The position numbers and the translations under genes are program-made. Below, in pieces: positions 37,218-48,112 of a stretch of DNA of 64,000 nt (its first letter is position 1; each line of letters starts with the position of its first letter). This DNA is from an uncultured virus (IMG/VR IMGVR_UViG_3300023109_000016) (Duplodnaviria; Heunggongvirae; Uroviricota; Caudoviricetes): IMG/VR virus record IMGVR_UViG_3300023109_000016, one strand, 5' to 3'. A model generated the notes under the pieces. The model saw only the letters and a program-made list of their open reading frames with translations, ran no database searches and was not told the DNA's origin.

Positions 37218-38390
37218 TTAAATAATATCTCTTTTTTTGAGATAATAGACAGTAAAGTAATTTGAAGCAATATTGGCTAAAGTTCCTCCCATAAAGCCCA
37301 CGATTAAAGGATACCACATAGCCATTTTAACCTCCTTCCTCGTTAAGGTTGCGTCTTCAAAGTCAATATCAATGTCAATAGATTCAGCCGCCATTTCCCT
37401 TTGGAAATCTGCAGGGAATTCGCCGAATAAGTCTAAAATGAAATCATATCCGTATATCATACCCATGTAGTAATGTTCCATTTCTTCATTGTTTGCTTGA
37501 TAGGCTCTTTCGCCTAATTCTTCAGCCTTTGGACTTAAAATCCATGAGATTTCTTCTAAGACTAATTCTCCAGAAGTTATTTTGATTCCGTTAAGGAAAT
37601 CTTGATAGGATTTCAATTGACCTCTAAGGAAATTTTCATTAAACATATCAATTTGAGGCTTTCTTAAATCTTTGGTGATAATTTCAACACCTGCTTGAAT
37701 GGTTTTAACTTTGTGTTGCGGAAGATTTGTTTTGATTTCTTCTGCCGACCAAGATTCAGCATTCATAGTTGCTGAAAGTTTCTTAGCCCAATCTACGCCT
37801 GAAGTTCCACCCCATAAGAGCCAAGCAATTGTTCCTGCAGTAGGACCTCCATCAGGTTTCTTTTTAGAAGGATTGTAATTCTTCCTGTGTCTGTTAAAAG
37901 CCGACATTCTTCTTACATCATGTCTTGAAACAGAACCACTTGAAATCTTTTTAGCCCTTGTAACTCCAGAATCAATACCTTGTTTTTTGGCTTCAGCAGG
38001 GCTTAAGCCTCCTCTGCCCCATTTTTCTCTTAGTTTCAAACCTCTTTTCGCATTATTTACGGCGGCTTGAGGCGGTTTATAGGCTTCAAAGACTTCAGCC
38101 TCAAAACCTCTTGATATCCATTTATCAGCAGAGCCTAATCCTAAACTTTCAGGCAATCCCTGTTCTTCAAGGATTTTTAACCACTCTGCAGATTTGTTTT
38201 TTCTCATCCAAAAAAACTGTTCTCTGGATTTAAAACTTCTGTCAAGATATTCTTGAGGATTAATGTTCATCCACTTAGATTTAGAGCCTACTCCTAATCC
38301 TCTAACGCCGTATTTAGCGACCCATTCCTTCCAAATATCAGGATGCTCTCTCATCAAGTAGTAAAATTGCTTCCTTGATTTAAAAGGCAT
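37218..38390 (-). CDS. Modular AE-linker protein with C-terminal TM
   Basis: Duplicated FKSR.QF module, GFEAEVFEA, basic YKPPQAAVNNAKRGL domain, MNAESWSAEE, MAAES, TM. Confidence 0.8.
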   Translation of the reverse strand: MPFKSRKQFYYLMREHPDIWKEWVAKYGVRGLGVGSKSKWMNINPQEYLDRSFKSREQFFWMRKNKSAEWLKILEEQGLPESLGLGSADKWISRGFEAEVFEAYKPPQAAVNNAKRGLKLREKWGRGGLSPAEAKKQGIDSGVTRAKKISSGSVSRHDVRRMSAFNRHRKNYNPSKKKPDGGPTAGTIAWLLWGGTSGVDWAKKLSATMNAESWSAEEIKTNLPQHKVKTIQAGVEIITKDLRKPQIDMFNENFLRGQLKSYQDFLNGIKITSGELVLEEISWILSPKAEELGERAYQANNEEMEHYYMGMIYGYDFILDLFGEFPADFQREMAAESIDIDIDFEDATLTRKEVKMAMWYPLIVGFMGGTLANIASNYFTVYYLKKRDII

Positions 38391-38427
38391 GAGTTTAATT
38401 TATTGAAACGACTATTTAATATTTATG

Positions 38428-38913
38428 TTATTCCTTAATCATCTGTTCAGTTATTTTTTGAATTACTATCTCAGTAATATAAGGTCCGTCTTCATAATCC
38501 CATTTATTGTAAAGGGAAAATCTTTCCTTTTCCCAATTAATTCTGATTCCTACATAAACCCAGAAATCAAATTCAGAACCTCCTACATCAATTTGTAATC
38601 CTTTTGGAAATTCTCTTCTTACATCATTCCAATCTTTACAAGCCTGTAAAGTTCTAATATATCCTAAATTTACTTCATATTCAGCATCATCTGGTTCTGG
38701 GTCCGCATCTCTAATATCGTTTATATGGCCTATTGAATCTCTCAAATAAGGTCTAATACAAGTTATATAACTCCACAGACCTTTTTTAAAATAAGGCCCT
38801 TGAGTATCTACAGAGGAATATTCTATATTCGTCCTTATTCTAAAATAAACATTTTCTAAATTTAAAGAAGGTTTGTTTTCGTGCCAATTCATAAATGCTG
38901 GTTTTTTTGTCAT
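38428..38913 (-). CDS. Hypothetical protein with N-terminal FMNW tag
   Basis: Begins MTKKPAFMNWHENKP. Confidence 0.8.
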   Translation of the reverse strand: MTKKPAFMNWHENKPSLNLENVYFRIRTNIEYSSVDTQGPYFKKGLWSYITCIRPYLRDSIGHINDIRDADPEPDDAEYEVNLGYIRTLQACKDWNDVRREFPKGLQIDVGGSEFDFWVYVGIRINWEKERFSLYNKWDYEDGPYITEIVIQKITEQMIKE

Positions 38914-38972
38914 CGTATCACCTTTTTATAACTGTAAGAGATTCTAATTTAAAAATGAAGGAAATGAAGACA

Positions 38973-39551
38973 TTATGCAACCTCCTTATAAATAGATTCT
39001 GTAGGGTAAATAAATAGGCCTTCTCCTCTCACGCCTTCGTTTGAATCTCCAAATATTAGTTTAAATATTTCATTTTCAATATCTATTTTAATATTAAAAT
39101 TTGAGTAAAGTTCCCATTCCCAAAAATTAAAATTTATTTGTGTTTTATAATTTTTTGAAAAATCATCAAAAGAGTTCAAATTAGGCAATAATTCTAATAA
39201 CTCTTGATAGTTATCTACGGTTTCTTGCCTATCTGCATATCCTGCGTGTTCAATCCATTCTTCATTTCCTCCAATATCTTCCATACAAAGTTCAATATGT
39301 CCCATTATTTGTATTAATAATGTCTTAAATCCATCAAATACTGCTTGAGACAAATTCGGAATGATAAATATTCCATCCGAGTCTTTTTTAGAACCTGTTA
39401 AATAAATGAATTTTCTTGAATCTTTGTTATAAATTCTGGAAGTAAACCCAATATCTGCATGGTCTTGAATATAGTGATTAACAAGATACTCAGAAGTATT
39501 AGGCTTGATGTTTTGATGCCAATTTATAAATGCAGGAGGATTATCCATCAA
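38973..39551 (-). CDS. Hypothetical protein with N-terminal FINW tag
   Basis: Begins (M)MDNPPAFINWHQNIKP. Confidence 0.8.
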   Translation of the reverse strand: MMDNPPAFINWHQNIKPNTSEYLVNHYIQDHADIGFTSRIYNKDSRKFIYLTGSKKDSDGIFIIPNLSQAVFDGFKTLLIQIMGHIELCMEDIGGNEEWIEHAGYADRQETVDNYQELLELLPNLNSFDDFSKNYKTQINFNFWEWELYSNFNIKIDIENEIFKLIFGDSNEGVRGEGLFIYPTESIYKEVA

Positions 39552-39807
39552 CCATCACTCCTTCTGCTCCTTCGGTATCTCCGTTTTCTACTTCTTCAAA
39601 AACTGCCAAACCGATGACTGCAAAAGGGATTGCCATTAAAATGTAATCACTTCTTTTAAATGCATTAGAAGGCCAACCATGTTTTTTATAATTTCTAATA
39701 ACATTGACTACTAAGGTGGCAAAAAAAGCAATAGAACCTACTGCAGGAACAAGCATACCTCTCCAAGCATCTCTACCTGCTTTTTCCTCTGCAGAATACT
39801 TACTCAT
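39541..39807 (-). CDS. Small 2-TM membrane protein
   Basis: YSAEE at N-terminus, two TMs; class-L promoter. Confidence 0.75.
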   Translation of the reverse strand: MSKYSAEEKAGRDAWRGMLVPAVGSIAFFATLVVNVIRNYKKHGWPSNAFKRSDYILMAIPFAVIGLAVFEEVENGDTEGAEGVMVDG

Positions 39808-39832
39808 AACCTTTTTAAAGAGGTTTTGCTAT

Positions 39833-40339
39833 TTAAAGATTAAGTCTGGAAATAACTACGGTCAATGCCCCATCTTGCAAATTCCAAGACTCAAATGATT
39901 CGGAAATAGAAAAATGAATAAAATTCTTTGTAGTTATAAAGTGTGCTTGAAAATAATCCTCTGCCCTCTCCTCGTTATAACCCATTTCTCCATTTATATA
40001 CTTCTCTTCCTCAACCCATTTAGATAAATTTTTAAATACTTCTTCTATCTTTGTATAAACTTCTTGAACCTCTTGATTCTCTAAAATTTCTAAATGCGTT
40101 TGAACAGTTCTTAACAATTTATCATAATTATAATAATAATAACTTGAAATCATTCCATCTTTTCTTTCGTAGTTAGGATTTCCAAAAGAATTTAATAATT
40201 CTTCCTTCGTTAAAACATTTATTGTAGTGTTTATCTCGGAAGGAAATACCTCCGTTTCCAAATAAGAGACTGTGTATAAAAACAATTCTTCATCTTGAGG
40301 TTCAAAGCCCCAATTCATGAATGAAGGAGTTTCTTTCAA
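39833..40339 (-). CDS. Hypothetical protein with N-terminal FMNW tag
   Basis: Begins MKETPSFMNWGFEPQ (compare 17592 SFMNWGFKPQ). Confidence 0.8.
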   Translation of the reverse strand: MKETPSFMNWGFEPQDEELFLYTVSYLETEVFPSEINTTINVLTKEELLNSFGNPNYERKDGMISSYYYYNYDKLLRTVQTHLEILENQEVQEVYTKIEEVFKNLSKWVEEEKYINGEMGYNEERAEDYFQAHFITTKNFIHFSISESFESWNLQDGALTVVISRLNL

Positions 40340-40343
40340 GAAA

Positions 40344-43300
40344 TCACTTCCTGTATTTCTTAATCAACTCTCTGATTTGGTTCGGTGCAAGCAAAGCAGT
40401 TCCTACGCCAATGCCCAAAAGACCCCAAATCATTTTCTTAGACTTAGGTTTATTGTAAGTTTCCATCTTGCTTCTGAATCCTTCTGCTTGTAGCCTATCT
40501 AATTCACCTGAATCGTTTGCATATTCAAGATAGTCTGCCAAGTTATCGGCTTGGTCTGTGGCAACACTTAGTTTTGACTTCCACCATTCAGGATATTTCT
40601 TAGCAGGGTCTGCAAGTTCTTCTAACTTATCGGTAGCCTTACTTAATTCGTGAACATCAGAAGTTACCATGTAAGATTCGGGTCTTGATTCTGCTTCCCA
40701 AGACGACATATCAAGTTGCAATTCAAAAGAGGCAATGGCCTCTGAAACATCAAATTCATATCCACAACCCTTGGTTCTAAAATAAAATCCTTCACAAACA
40801 TAATAACCTTCCAAATAATCTAAATCAACAATTTCATCACAAACCGAATTACATTTAGGGCAATGAATTATCAAAACTTCATCATCTTTTATTTCAAAGT
40901 TTTCAGCACCATACCTGTCCTCATGGCTTTCTTCTTCATGCTCTGCCCAATCCATGAATTCAACATCTCCGTGTGATTCAACTTCTTCCTGAAGCCAATT
41001 TTCAAAAGAAACATTTTTTCCATGAGTCATCATTTCTTGGTCGCCCCATTCTTGAAGCGTATCTGCCTCGTAATCAGCCATCATCTTGGAAACTTCATCT
41101 TTATCAAAAGCATCTGGATTCTCAGAAACTAAAACATCTCCATTAAAGTCTGTCGTTGCGGAATCTTTATCAGAGCCAGAGAAAACATTAGCATAGAAAT
41201 TCTCAAGGCTGGCTGAATAAAAGTTTTCTGATTCATACCTTTCAGCATCTCTGGAAGCAATTGTTTCAGCCCTAAATCCGCTTACATCCTCTGCCCATCC
41301 TCTTGGTAGAGGAGTGGAGGCATAGGTTTCAGCCTCATAACCTTCACCACCTTGAACGAGAGAAGAGTCTTCTGATTGAGGGTCATATGTATCCAAAAGG
41401 AACTCCATGTAATCTACATCTTGGTCGTGGAAGCCAAAAATTACAGATAAGCCATCATCTGTCTTTTCAGCAGAAACCGTTTCTGGAATTTCAAGCATCA
41501 TCTTGTAATAAATATCTACAGGAACTGTAGCCGTGTTGCCCGATAAACTATCCATCTTGAATTCTTCTGCTTCCATCGTTACGGTAGGTTTTTCCTTATC
41601 AGCCCACCATCTGGGGTGGAAATCATCACCCATCCAGCAACATGATTCGCAATCCTCATTTGCATCTCTATCAACTCTAATCTCTGCCTTGGATACTCCA
41701 CAACAAGGAGCAATAAGCATAGTTTCATCTCTTGTCGTGATGTAAGTGCCTTTCTGGTCTGGACCCATTCTGTTCCAAATTTCAGGAGGGATATGCTCAT
41801 CAAACATGATTCTGTCTGGTTCGGCAGTATATACCTTTTGGTAAGTTTCTGCGTCAAAAGATTCTTCTGCATCCTCCTCTTCATAAGAAGTCAACGGAAT
41901 TTCAGGAACTGCAGTTCCGATAAACTCAACATTATCGTCTTTACTAATAACAGTTGCAGTTTTTCCGACCTCACCATCTTCATAAACAAACTGAGTGCTT
42001 AAGAAAGCAGGTTCACCCCCCTCGCCCTCTTCAATCATGCCATCTACAAATTCATTTAATTCATTATAAGTCATAGCAAGACCTTCATCTAAAACATCAT
42101 CTATATCAAGAAGGTCTCCCTCATCTTCCTCTTCATCTTCATCTTCATCGTATTCATCTTCTATTTCATTAAATGAACCTTTAAAGTAAATTAATTTTTT
42201 ATCAAAATCTATTTCAAATGTATACCCATCATCATCATCATACATATCAATTGAAACCAAACCTACTTCAGGATTTAATGGTGAAAAATCCATTTTCAAT
42301 CCCTTAAAAAAGAATTCATCTTCATCCCTCTCTTTTTCATCCCATGCTCTGTAATAATCAAAAAAGTCTAATAGGTTGGTTTTTTCACCGTTTTGATTAG
42401 GTGTAAGAATGAATGCAAAAATAGGCTCATCCTCTTCTTCATCAGTAATCATTTTTAATTCATGTGATAAATCATACAAATCCCCAGAGTCAGTTTCTAA
42501 AAGTCCCACTCTAAAATTATTTTCTTTGATGAACTTCAAAGCATCTGTATCTTTAGAAGACATATAATCTTCAAATACTTCATGAACAATTTCTCTAAAA
42601 TATTCATTTTCCGCATCTTTCAAATCTTTGGGGCAATAATAAAAATCATCATCTGCATTTTCACTCCATTTTTCTTCTCCTGTAAAATAACCCTTTAAAC
42701 CTTCAATGATAACTATGCATTGTTCTAAATCCATGAGTCCTTTTTTAAATTCTAAATTGAATTGTCTTAGAAGTCCCTCTTTATTTGATTTCGCATCATC
42801 ATTTGTAGTAGTATAAATTTTCAAGGTTCCTGAAATATCATCATAATGGATATCTTCAATACTATGAAGTTCTTCAGCAGTAGGTTCTAATTTATAAGAA
42901 AAATGGGGAAGGCTATTATCATTTATTTCCTGTATCATATTTAATAATCTTCTTTTGATTTTAGTAGAATTAACTTTTTCATAACCTTTTAATTCAGCCA
43001 TAAACTCTTCAAGGTTAAATTCTTCCACCGCTTCTGCTTCTACCGTTTCGGATTCTACCGTTTCGGATTCAAAAGATTCTGAAGACATCATCTTAGCCTT
43101 GATATCTCTGCAAACCTTATACCTCATATCTGGCTTTCCATCCTTAGTCATATACTTAGGGTCTAAGTCTGCATAAGGGTCGTCAGCCTTTAATTGAGTC
43201 TTGGTTCTTGCTTCTTCAGGAGTAATATCTTTATCTTCTTCAAGAGTTCTTGGAGTGTGGGGCTTTCCTGTCATCGTTTTAACTTCGCCCTTTGGTTCTT

Positions 43301-43523
43301 CATAAGCAATCTCTGCTCCAAAAACCTCTACATCATCAGAATCCATTTGAGATAAAAGTTGTTCGGCATCGGCTTTGGATGCAAAAGTTGAAATCTTGTG
43401 ATTATCATAATAGCCTTTAACTGCCCACTTAATCCCTCTCTTTGTTTCTACAGGATTGACTTCTGAAACAGAGAATTCCACTTTTTGTTTAAGTGGTCTG
43501 CAATACCCTGTATAAACTACCAT
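40344..43523 (-). CDS. Large acidic modular polyprotein-like protein (AE-linker family), C-terminal TM
   Basis: 1059 aa with more than 12 hydrophobic-x-AE/AD/SE linkers separating modules (KDGKPDMRYK, CC..C..CC, CPKC..C..C, PEWWKSKL); TM WGLLGIGVGTALL. Confidence 0.85.
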   Translation of the reverse strand: MVVYTGYCRPLKQKVEFSVSEVNPVETKRGIKWAVKGYYDNHKISTFASKADAEQLLSQMDSDDVEVFGAEIAYEEPKGEVKTMTGKPHTPRTLEEDKDITPEEARTKTQLKADDPYADLDPKYMTKDGKPDMRYKVCRDIKAKMMSSESFESETVESETVEAEAVEEFNLEEFMAELKGYEKVNSTKIKRRLLNMIQEINDNSLPHFSYKLEPTAEELHSIEDIHYDDISGTLKIYTTTNDDAKSNKEGLLRQFNLEFKKGLMDLEQCIVIIEGLKGYFTGEEKWSENADDDFYYCPKDLKDAENEYFREIVHEVFEDYMSSKDTDALKFIKENNFRVGLLETDSGDLYDLSHELKMITDEEEDEPIFAFILTPNQNGEKTNLLDFFDYYRAWDEKERDEDEFFFKGLKMDFSPLNPEVGLVSIDMYDDDDGYTFEIDFDKKLIYFKGSFNEIEDEYDEDEDEEEDEGDLLDIDDVLDEGLAMTYNELNEFVDGMIEEGEGGEPAFLSTQFVYEDGEVGKTATVISKDDNVEFIGTAVPEIPLTSYEEEDAEESFDAETYQKVYTAEPDRIMFDEHIPPEIWNRMGPDQKGTYITTRDETMLIAPCCGVSKAEIRVDRDANEDCESCCWMGDDFHPRWWADKEKPTVTMEAEEFKMDSLSGNTATVPVDIYYKMMLEIPETVSAEKTDDGLSVIFGFHDQDVDYMEFLLDTYDPQSEDSSLVQGGEGYEAETYASTPLPRGWAEDVSGFRAETIASRDAERYESENFYSASLENFYANVFSGSDKDSATTDFNGDVLVSENPDAFDKDEVSKMMADYEADTLQEWGDQEMMTHGKNVSFENWLQEEVESHGDVEFMDWAEHEEESHEDRYGAENFEIKDDEVLIIHCPKCNSVCDEIVDLDYLEGYYVCEGFYFRTKGCGYEFDVSEAIASFELQLDMSSWEAESRPESYMVTSDVHELSKATDKLEELADPAKKYPEWWKSKLSVATDQADNLADYLEYANDSGELDRLQAEGFRSKMETYNKPKSKKMIWGLLGIGVGTALLAPNQIRELIKKYRK

Positions 43524-43567
43524 AGGTTTTATAAACCTCTTTTACTACTTAAGGTTTTTTACTTATC

Positions 43568-44119
43568 TTAATATCTGTAAGATAGCATATTCTGTCCAAT
43601 CGCAGAACCGTATTCTCCAAAGACGCTAATTCCACTTCCGATAGGGCTTGGAGTAAAAGCATCTGGATTAGTTAATAAATTAAGTGCGGCATCGTTTCTT
43701 GCTTCTTGTTCAGCCTTTTTACCTTCCTCAGCAGACTTAACTTCTTCTTCAGCATCCTTAATGATGTTTTCATAATATTCTGCTTCTGCATGGGCAACTG
43801 TTCCTCTGTTCAGTTTTCCAAATCCGTATCCAAACAAGAGGGCTCCTGTAAATACTCCAAGACTTTGCCACACCCCTTCAAAAATTTGAGGATTATCGCC
43901 CTTGCCCCTAACCCAATCAAACCCAAGAGAGAGCAAAATTCCTGAGCCTATTGAAAGAGGGACAGAAACTGAGGTATCTTGTAGTTCCTTTTTCCATCCG
44001 GGAACTGGAGGGATAAATCCCATGATAAGGTCTGAAGACTCTCCATCAAAATCTGAATCCGAGTCATTTTCTGCCTCGTATTCTTCTAATTTCTTTCTTA
44101 AGCCCTTGAAATCAACCAT
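43568..44119 (-). CDS. 2-TM membrane protein with AE linkers
   Basis: YEAE, AEAE, DAEE, SAEE; two TMs; AGGTGA SD. Confidence 0.75.
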   Translation of the reverse strand: MVDFKGLRKKLEEYEAENDSDSDFDGESSDLIMGFIPPVPGWKKELQDTSVSVPLSIGSGILLSLGFDWVRGKGDNPQIFEGVWQSLGVFTGALLFGYGFGKLNRGTVAHAEAEYYENIIKDAEEEVKSAEEGKKAEQEARNDAALNLLTNPDAFTPSPIGSGISVFGEYGSAIGQNMLSYRY

Positions 44120-44128
44120 TTAATCACC

Positions 44129-44368
44129 TCAATACCCGCCAACAAGATTTGCCTCTCTCAAATAAAGATATGCCATGTAGCCACCTGCTACAACTCCTAA
44201 AGGCCCTAAAATCATATTGCTACTGCCTTTTTTCACAAAGTAATAGATTCCTTCAATAGTTTCTAAAACACCTACTCCCATCATGCCAATGGCTACTGTA
44301 TAACCAGCAAGGTGCAAAGGATTTTTTTCCCTCTCATAATATTTTTTAGGCATACTTAGAAAATTCAT
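44129..44368 (-). CDS. Small 2-TM membrane protein
   Basis: Two hydrophobic helices. Confidence 0.7.
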   Translation of the reverse strand: MNFLSMPKKYYEREKNPLHLAGYTVAIGMMGVGVLETIEGIYYFVKKGSSNMILGPLGVVAGGYMAYLYLREANLVGGY

Positions 44369-44376
44369 TCAACCAC

Positions 44377-44673
44377 CTACAATCCAAAACTCCTTCCGTT
44401 ATAATTTTGACCAACTGCACCTACAGACATGGCTAAAACGGCTTCATTTGCTTGGCTTGCAGTTTGACCAGCGGCTCTTCCCATAGACATATATTCAATT
44501 GAAACAGGGTCTTCAAGAGAACCATAATCTTGAACTCTGTTTGAACCTACTTCATAATGGACATACTCAGAATCTTTCCTTTCAATAAGAGATTTAATTT
44601 TATCTTTTTGAGAATATCCGACATATACGGCAACGGCAACTGCAAGTAATGTTTTCCAATTAAAATTAGCCAT
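44377..44673 (-). CDS. N-terminally anchored small protein
   Basis: FNWKTLLAVAVAV TM shared with 60866..61702; class-L promoter. Confidence 0.75.
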   Translation of the reverse strand: MANFNWKTLLAVAVAVYVGYSQKDKIKSLIERKDSEYVHYEVGSNRVQDYGSLEDPVSIEYMSMGRAAGQTASQANEAVLAMSVGAVGQNYNGRSFGL

Positions 44674-44693
44674 AAATTAGAATTACCCTACGA

Positions 44694-45179
44694 CTATTTA
44701 AAGTTTGGCATAATTTCTGTAAACTTGCCCATGTAATATCCTAAGAACCCTAATGCAACAAATTGCCCCATAGCGACCATAGGTATTTCTTGAAGGACTA
44801 ATTCAGGAATGTATCCAAAATTCTGTTCAAGAGTAATCCAATCGTTGAAATCTTTGTAGTTTCCTTCAGGTTCTCTGTCAGTATCAAAAAGAGGAGAATA
44901 GATAGGCAGTAAATCATATACGGGCATTTCCCAAACAGGGTCAATATAATATGTGAAAATTGCTAAATCTGAGTTATATGTTGTGTATCTTCCCCTTCCT
45001 AAAGCCCTATCGTATAGGATTCCTCTGCAACTTACTTTAACCCATTCGGGATTTGACCAATCATCATGATTAACATTGACCCATCTGCCTCCCGAAACAA
45101 CACCTCTTGCAGATTTTAATTGATTTTTTCCTTGAATTCCTAATGAAAGAGGATATTTTTTAAAAGAAATAATTTCCAT
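44694..45179 (-). CDS. Hypothetical protein with C-terminal TM
   Basis: 161 aa; hydrophobic C-terminus. Confidence 0.7.
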   Translation of the reverse strand: MEIISFKKYPLSLGIQGKNQLKSARGVVSGGRWVNVNHDDWSNPEWVKVSCRGILYDRALGRGRYTTYNSDLAIFTYYIDPVWEMPVYDLLPIYSPLFDTDREPEGNYKDFNDWITLEQNFGYIPELVLQEIPMVAMGQFVALGFLGYYMGKFTEIMPNFK

Positions 45180-45182
45180 TTA

Positions 45183-45527
45183 TCACACCTGCCCTAAGCC
45201 AATACTCATTGCTAAAAGGGCAGTAAATGCAATTGCAGAATATCTTACGATTTGGGCTTGCACTTGCTTCTTAAAATCAATGATGGGAGCCATTTCATTT
45301 TTAAATTCAATTAGATTTTTATCCATACTATTAAAATCTGTTCTAATTTCCTTAAATTCAATCTTTAATTCTGAAATATCTTCCTTTAAATCAATAACCT
45401 TTGCATCTGTATTTGATTTTAAATATTTCAATTCGGATTTTAAATACTCTGTTGAAATGACATTTTCCGAGATTTTTTTCATCTCGGCTAAAATTTCTGA
45501 ATAAATTTCTTGCTCAGAGCCACCCAT
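45183..45527 (-). CDS. Coiled-coil protein with C-terminal TM
   Basis: Heptad pattern LKEDISELKIEFKEIRTDF; C-terminal TM. Confidence 0.75.
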   Translation of the reverse strand: MGGSEQEIYSEILAEMKKISENVISTEYLKSELKYLKSNTDAKVIDLKEDISELKIEFKEIRTDFNSMDKNLIEFKNEMAPIIDFKKQVQAQIVRYSAIAFTALLAMSIGLGQV

Positions 45528-45564
45528 AATCCCGATTTAATCCTTCAATTACTTAAAGATTTGC

Positions 45565-46893
45565 CTATAAGTGATAATGGTCTTGCATAGAAATGCTTGA
45601 ATCCACACCTTGTTTCATTTTAACCACTAATTCTAAAGATTCTTCTAATCTTTTTTGAGTAATCTTCTCATTCATTTCCTTTGCATCAAGGTATGCACTC
45701 ATCACCACCTCTCTAATATAGGCTCCTGAAAGACCCTCTGATTTTTTAACAATAAGTTTGTAATTCATTTTTTCAGTCTTCATTTCTTTTAAATATTTCT
45801 TAAAAATATGCTCTCTTAGTTCTGATTCTGGAAGTCCTAATTCAATTCTTAAATCAATTCTTCCGGGTCTGTCAACCAAAGCAACATCTAAGTGTTTTGG
45901 ATAATTCGTAGTAGCAATTGTAATTACTCCTTCGTTAGTTCCTACACCGTTCAAACAATTAAGGAATTCACCTAATAGGGGATGATTACCACCCTCTCTT
46001 CTGTCTAAAGCACCTAATGTGTCAATATCTTCAACAATCACGATGGAAGGTGCTAATAGCCTTGCAGTCTTGTAGATTTCCTTAATATCTCCTGCCTTTT
46101 CAACACTATCGCTTGTTACATAAATTACAGTTGATTTCGCCTCATTCATAATTGTCTCACAAAGCAAGGTCTTACCTGTTCCGGGAGGTCCACTAATTAA
46201 AATACCTCTGGAAGTGGGCAACCTCATTTTTTTATAATCTTCAATATTTTTGATAAAATTAATTACATTCCTTTCAATAGTGTGCTTTTTATCGGGGCTT
46301 AAAACAATACCTTCCCATCCGATTTCGTTATATTCTACAAACTCCCATTTAGTATTAAAAATCGCATTCTTCAAAGGCCCTGAAGTCTTGAAATATTCTT
46401 CAACCTCATTCCAAAATTGTTTAAAATTAGTTCCGTGTTTCGTAAAGTAAATTTCCATTTCTAAGTAATAACTTTCGCCATCATTATAGGGCATAATATA
46501 AACTGCAAGTTTACTATTGTTCTTTTTTGATTTTAAGAAAACCATGCAATCAATAAAAAGGCTTTCCTTTTGCCCTAATGCCACATTAAATTCATAAGAG
46601 ACTGGACTTGTTTCATAAAGATGCTTCCCATCGTAATTAGTCATTCCAACAATTTCATAATCTCTTTCCACTACATCCCAAAAACACTTCATATAAATAG
46701 GAACTCTAATAGGCATTAAGTTGAAATATTCAGTTTGATAATCATCATCAAAAAAGTCTTCTAAAGCACTTTTTTTAATATCGGAATTCTTCTTTCTTTC
46801 ATCACCTAAGTAGTGATATAAATCTACGATTTTTTTCGTGGGTAAATAAAAACTACCAAGGTCGCTTTTAATCTGGATGTCCTCTAACTCCAT
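45565..46893 (-). CDS. AAA+ ATPase (classical AAA clade, Cdc48/FtsH-like)
   Basis: GILISGPPGTGKT, IVIVEDID, ATTN, DVALVDRPGRID, GLSGAYI; ORF 45565..46914, ATG 46893 fits the promoter. Confidence 0.92.
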   Translation of the reverse strand: MELEDIQIKSDLGSFYLPTKKIVDLYHYLGDERKKNSDIKKSALEDFFDDDYQTEYFNLMPIRVPIYMKCFWDVVERDYEIVGMTNYDGKHLYETSPVSYEFNVALGQKESLFIDCMVFLKSKKNNSKLAVYIMPYNDGESYYLEMEIYFTKHGTNFKQFWNEVEEYFKTSGPLKNAIFNTKWEFVEYNEIGWEGIVLSPDKKHTIERNVINFIKNIEDYKKMRLPTSRGILISGPPGTGKTLLCETIMNEAKSTVIYVTSDSVEKAGDIKEIYKTARLLAPSIVIVEDIDTLGALDRREGGNHPLLGEFLNCLNGVGTNEGVITIATTNYPKHLDVALVDRPGRIDLRIELGLPESELREHIFKKYLKEMKTEKMNYKLIVKKSEGLSGAYIREVVMSAYLDAKEMNEKITQKRLEESLELVVKMKQGVDSSISMQDHYHL

Positions 46894-46918
46894 AATTAAT
46901 GATAAAGAATACACCTAC

Positions 46919-47863
46919 TTAAAGAGTTTCCAAAAGGTAATCTTCTTCATTCATTAATTCAATTTTTTGCTTACAATCTACGGTAGAATAACCTCTATGT
47001 TTTCCTTGAGTCATGTAAGCCAACATAATAGGAATTTGAGATTCATCTAAACCTTGCAATTCTTGAATATGCTCATAGGGGTCTTTTCTTATTTCAGCCA
47101 CAGACTCATTATAAGCATCCAACCAACTATTAGTCTTGTTAGCAGGTTGCTTTGTTAATTGTCCCGAATGAGAATTTCTAATACAACCTACAAAAGGTAA
47201 AAATTGACTTTTGATTCCCAAATCAACCAATTCTAAAAGAAGTTTCGTATCTTCCCCCATCGTAAATTTCTCATCAAACAATTCCGACCTCATTAGTTGC
47301 TCTCTTGAAATAACCGTTGCAGAAAACCAAAGAGGAGACATTTTATGAAAATAATATTGGTATTCCAAAGGCATAAAATTTAAAACATCATAACTTTGTA
47401 ATACTGATTCTACCTCAGTCCTTACTCCTACAACTCCTTCCATTCCAATCGTAAGCAAATCTACGGGGTGGACGGTATAATATTTTTCCTTTATTTCTGT
47501 AAACCAGATTCCTATAGATTCATGCCTTGATTTCTTGATTCCTTCTTCTAATATAGATTCCAAATAAAAAGAATTCCATTGGTCATCACTATCTAAAAAG
47601 GCAACATAAGGATTTGAGCCCATTCTGATAATTTGATTTCTGGCTTGAGATACTCCTTTACCTTCTTGTCTAACAACCTTAAATTCAGGATACTGCGAAA
47701 ATAACTCTTGAAGGTCTCCATATCTCTTCCATTCGTGCGGAGTGCCATCACATATATACACTTGATAATCTTTAAAGGTTTGAGCCTTAACAGAGTCTAA
47801 ACATCCTTTAAGCAAATTTAAAGGAGTCTTAAATGTTGGAATAATGATATCAAACATATTCAA
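46919..47863 (-). CDS. Glycosyltransferase family 2
   Basis: IIIPTF, ICDG, GVSQARN, AFLDSDD, GED motifs. Confidence 0.92.
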   Translation of the reverse strand: MNMFDIIIPTFKTPLNLLKGCLDSVKAQTFKDYQVYICDGTPHEWKRYGDLQELFSQYPEFKVVRQEGKGVSQARNQIIRMGSNPYVAFLDSDDQWNSFYLESILEEGIKKSRHESIGIWFTEIKEKYYTVHPVDLLTIGMEGVVGVRTEVESVLQSYDVLNFMPLEYQYYFHKMSPLWFSATVISREQLMRSELFDEKFTMGEDTKLLLELVDLGIKSQFLPFVGCIRNSHSGQLTKQPANKTNSWLDAYNESVAEIRKDPYEHIQELQGLDESQIPIMLAYMTQGKHRGYSTVDCKQKIELMNEEDYLLETL

Positions 47864-48062
47864 TCATAAATAGTAAACCTATTTAACAGTATTCCAAGGT
47901 AATTCCCAATAATTAATAAAAGGCATTTTTTTAAGATTAGTTATTTTGAACCAACATATTGGCGGAAATGCATCTTCCCTTAACTTATAAAGTAAAAAAT
48001 TAGGATATAAGTCAATCCTTGCCATAATGAAATGATTTAAGTTTGACTATTTAAAGAATTCG

Positions 48063-48112
48063 TGGAACAGAGGCAGGAGGTTTTTTACGCCTCCTGTGTG
48101 CCTCCTCTGTCC
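48063..48112 (-). ncRNA. Putative 50-nt hairpin RNA ending in CCA
   Basis: GGACAGAGG/CCUCUGUUC and CAGGAGG/CCUCCUG stems, 3' UUCCA; TTTATATAGGT box 24 nt upstream. Confidence 0.45.

Noticed and set aside
43041..43070. 15-bp tandem duplication as a separate element
   Set aside because: It encodes ESETV twice inside an acidic linker and is covered by the AE-linker finding.
47940..48025. 27-aa ORF behind a class-L box at about 48046
   Set aside because: Too short and featureless to support, although the promoter spacing fits.
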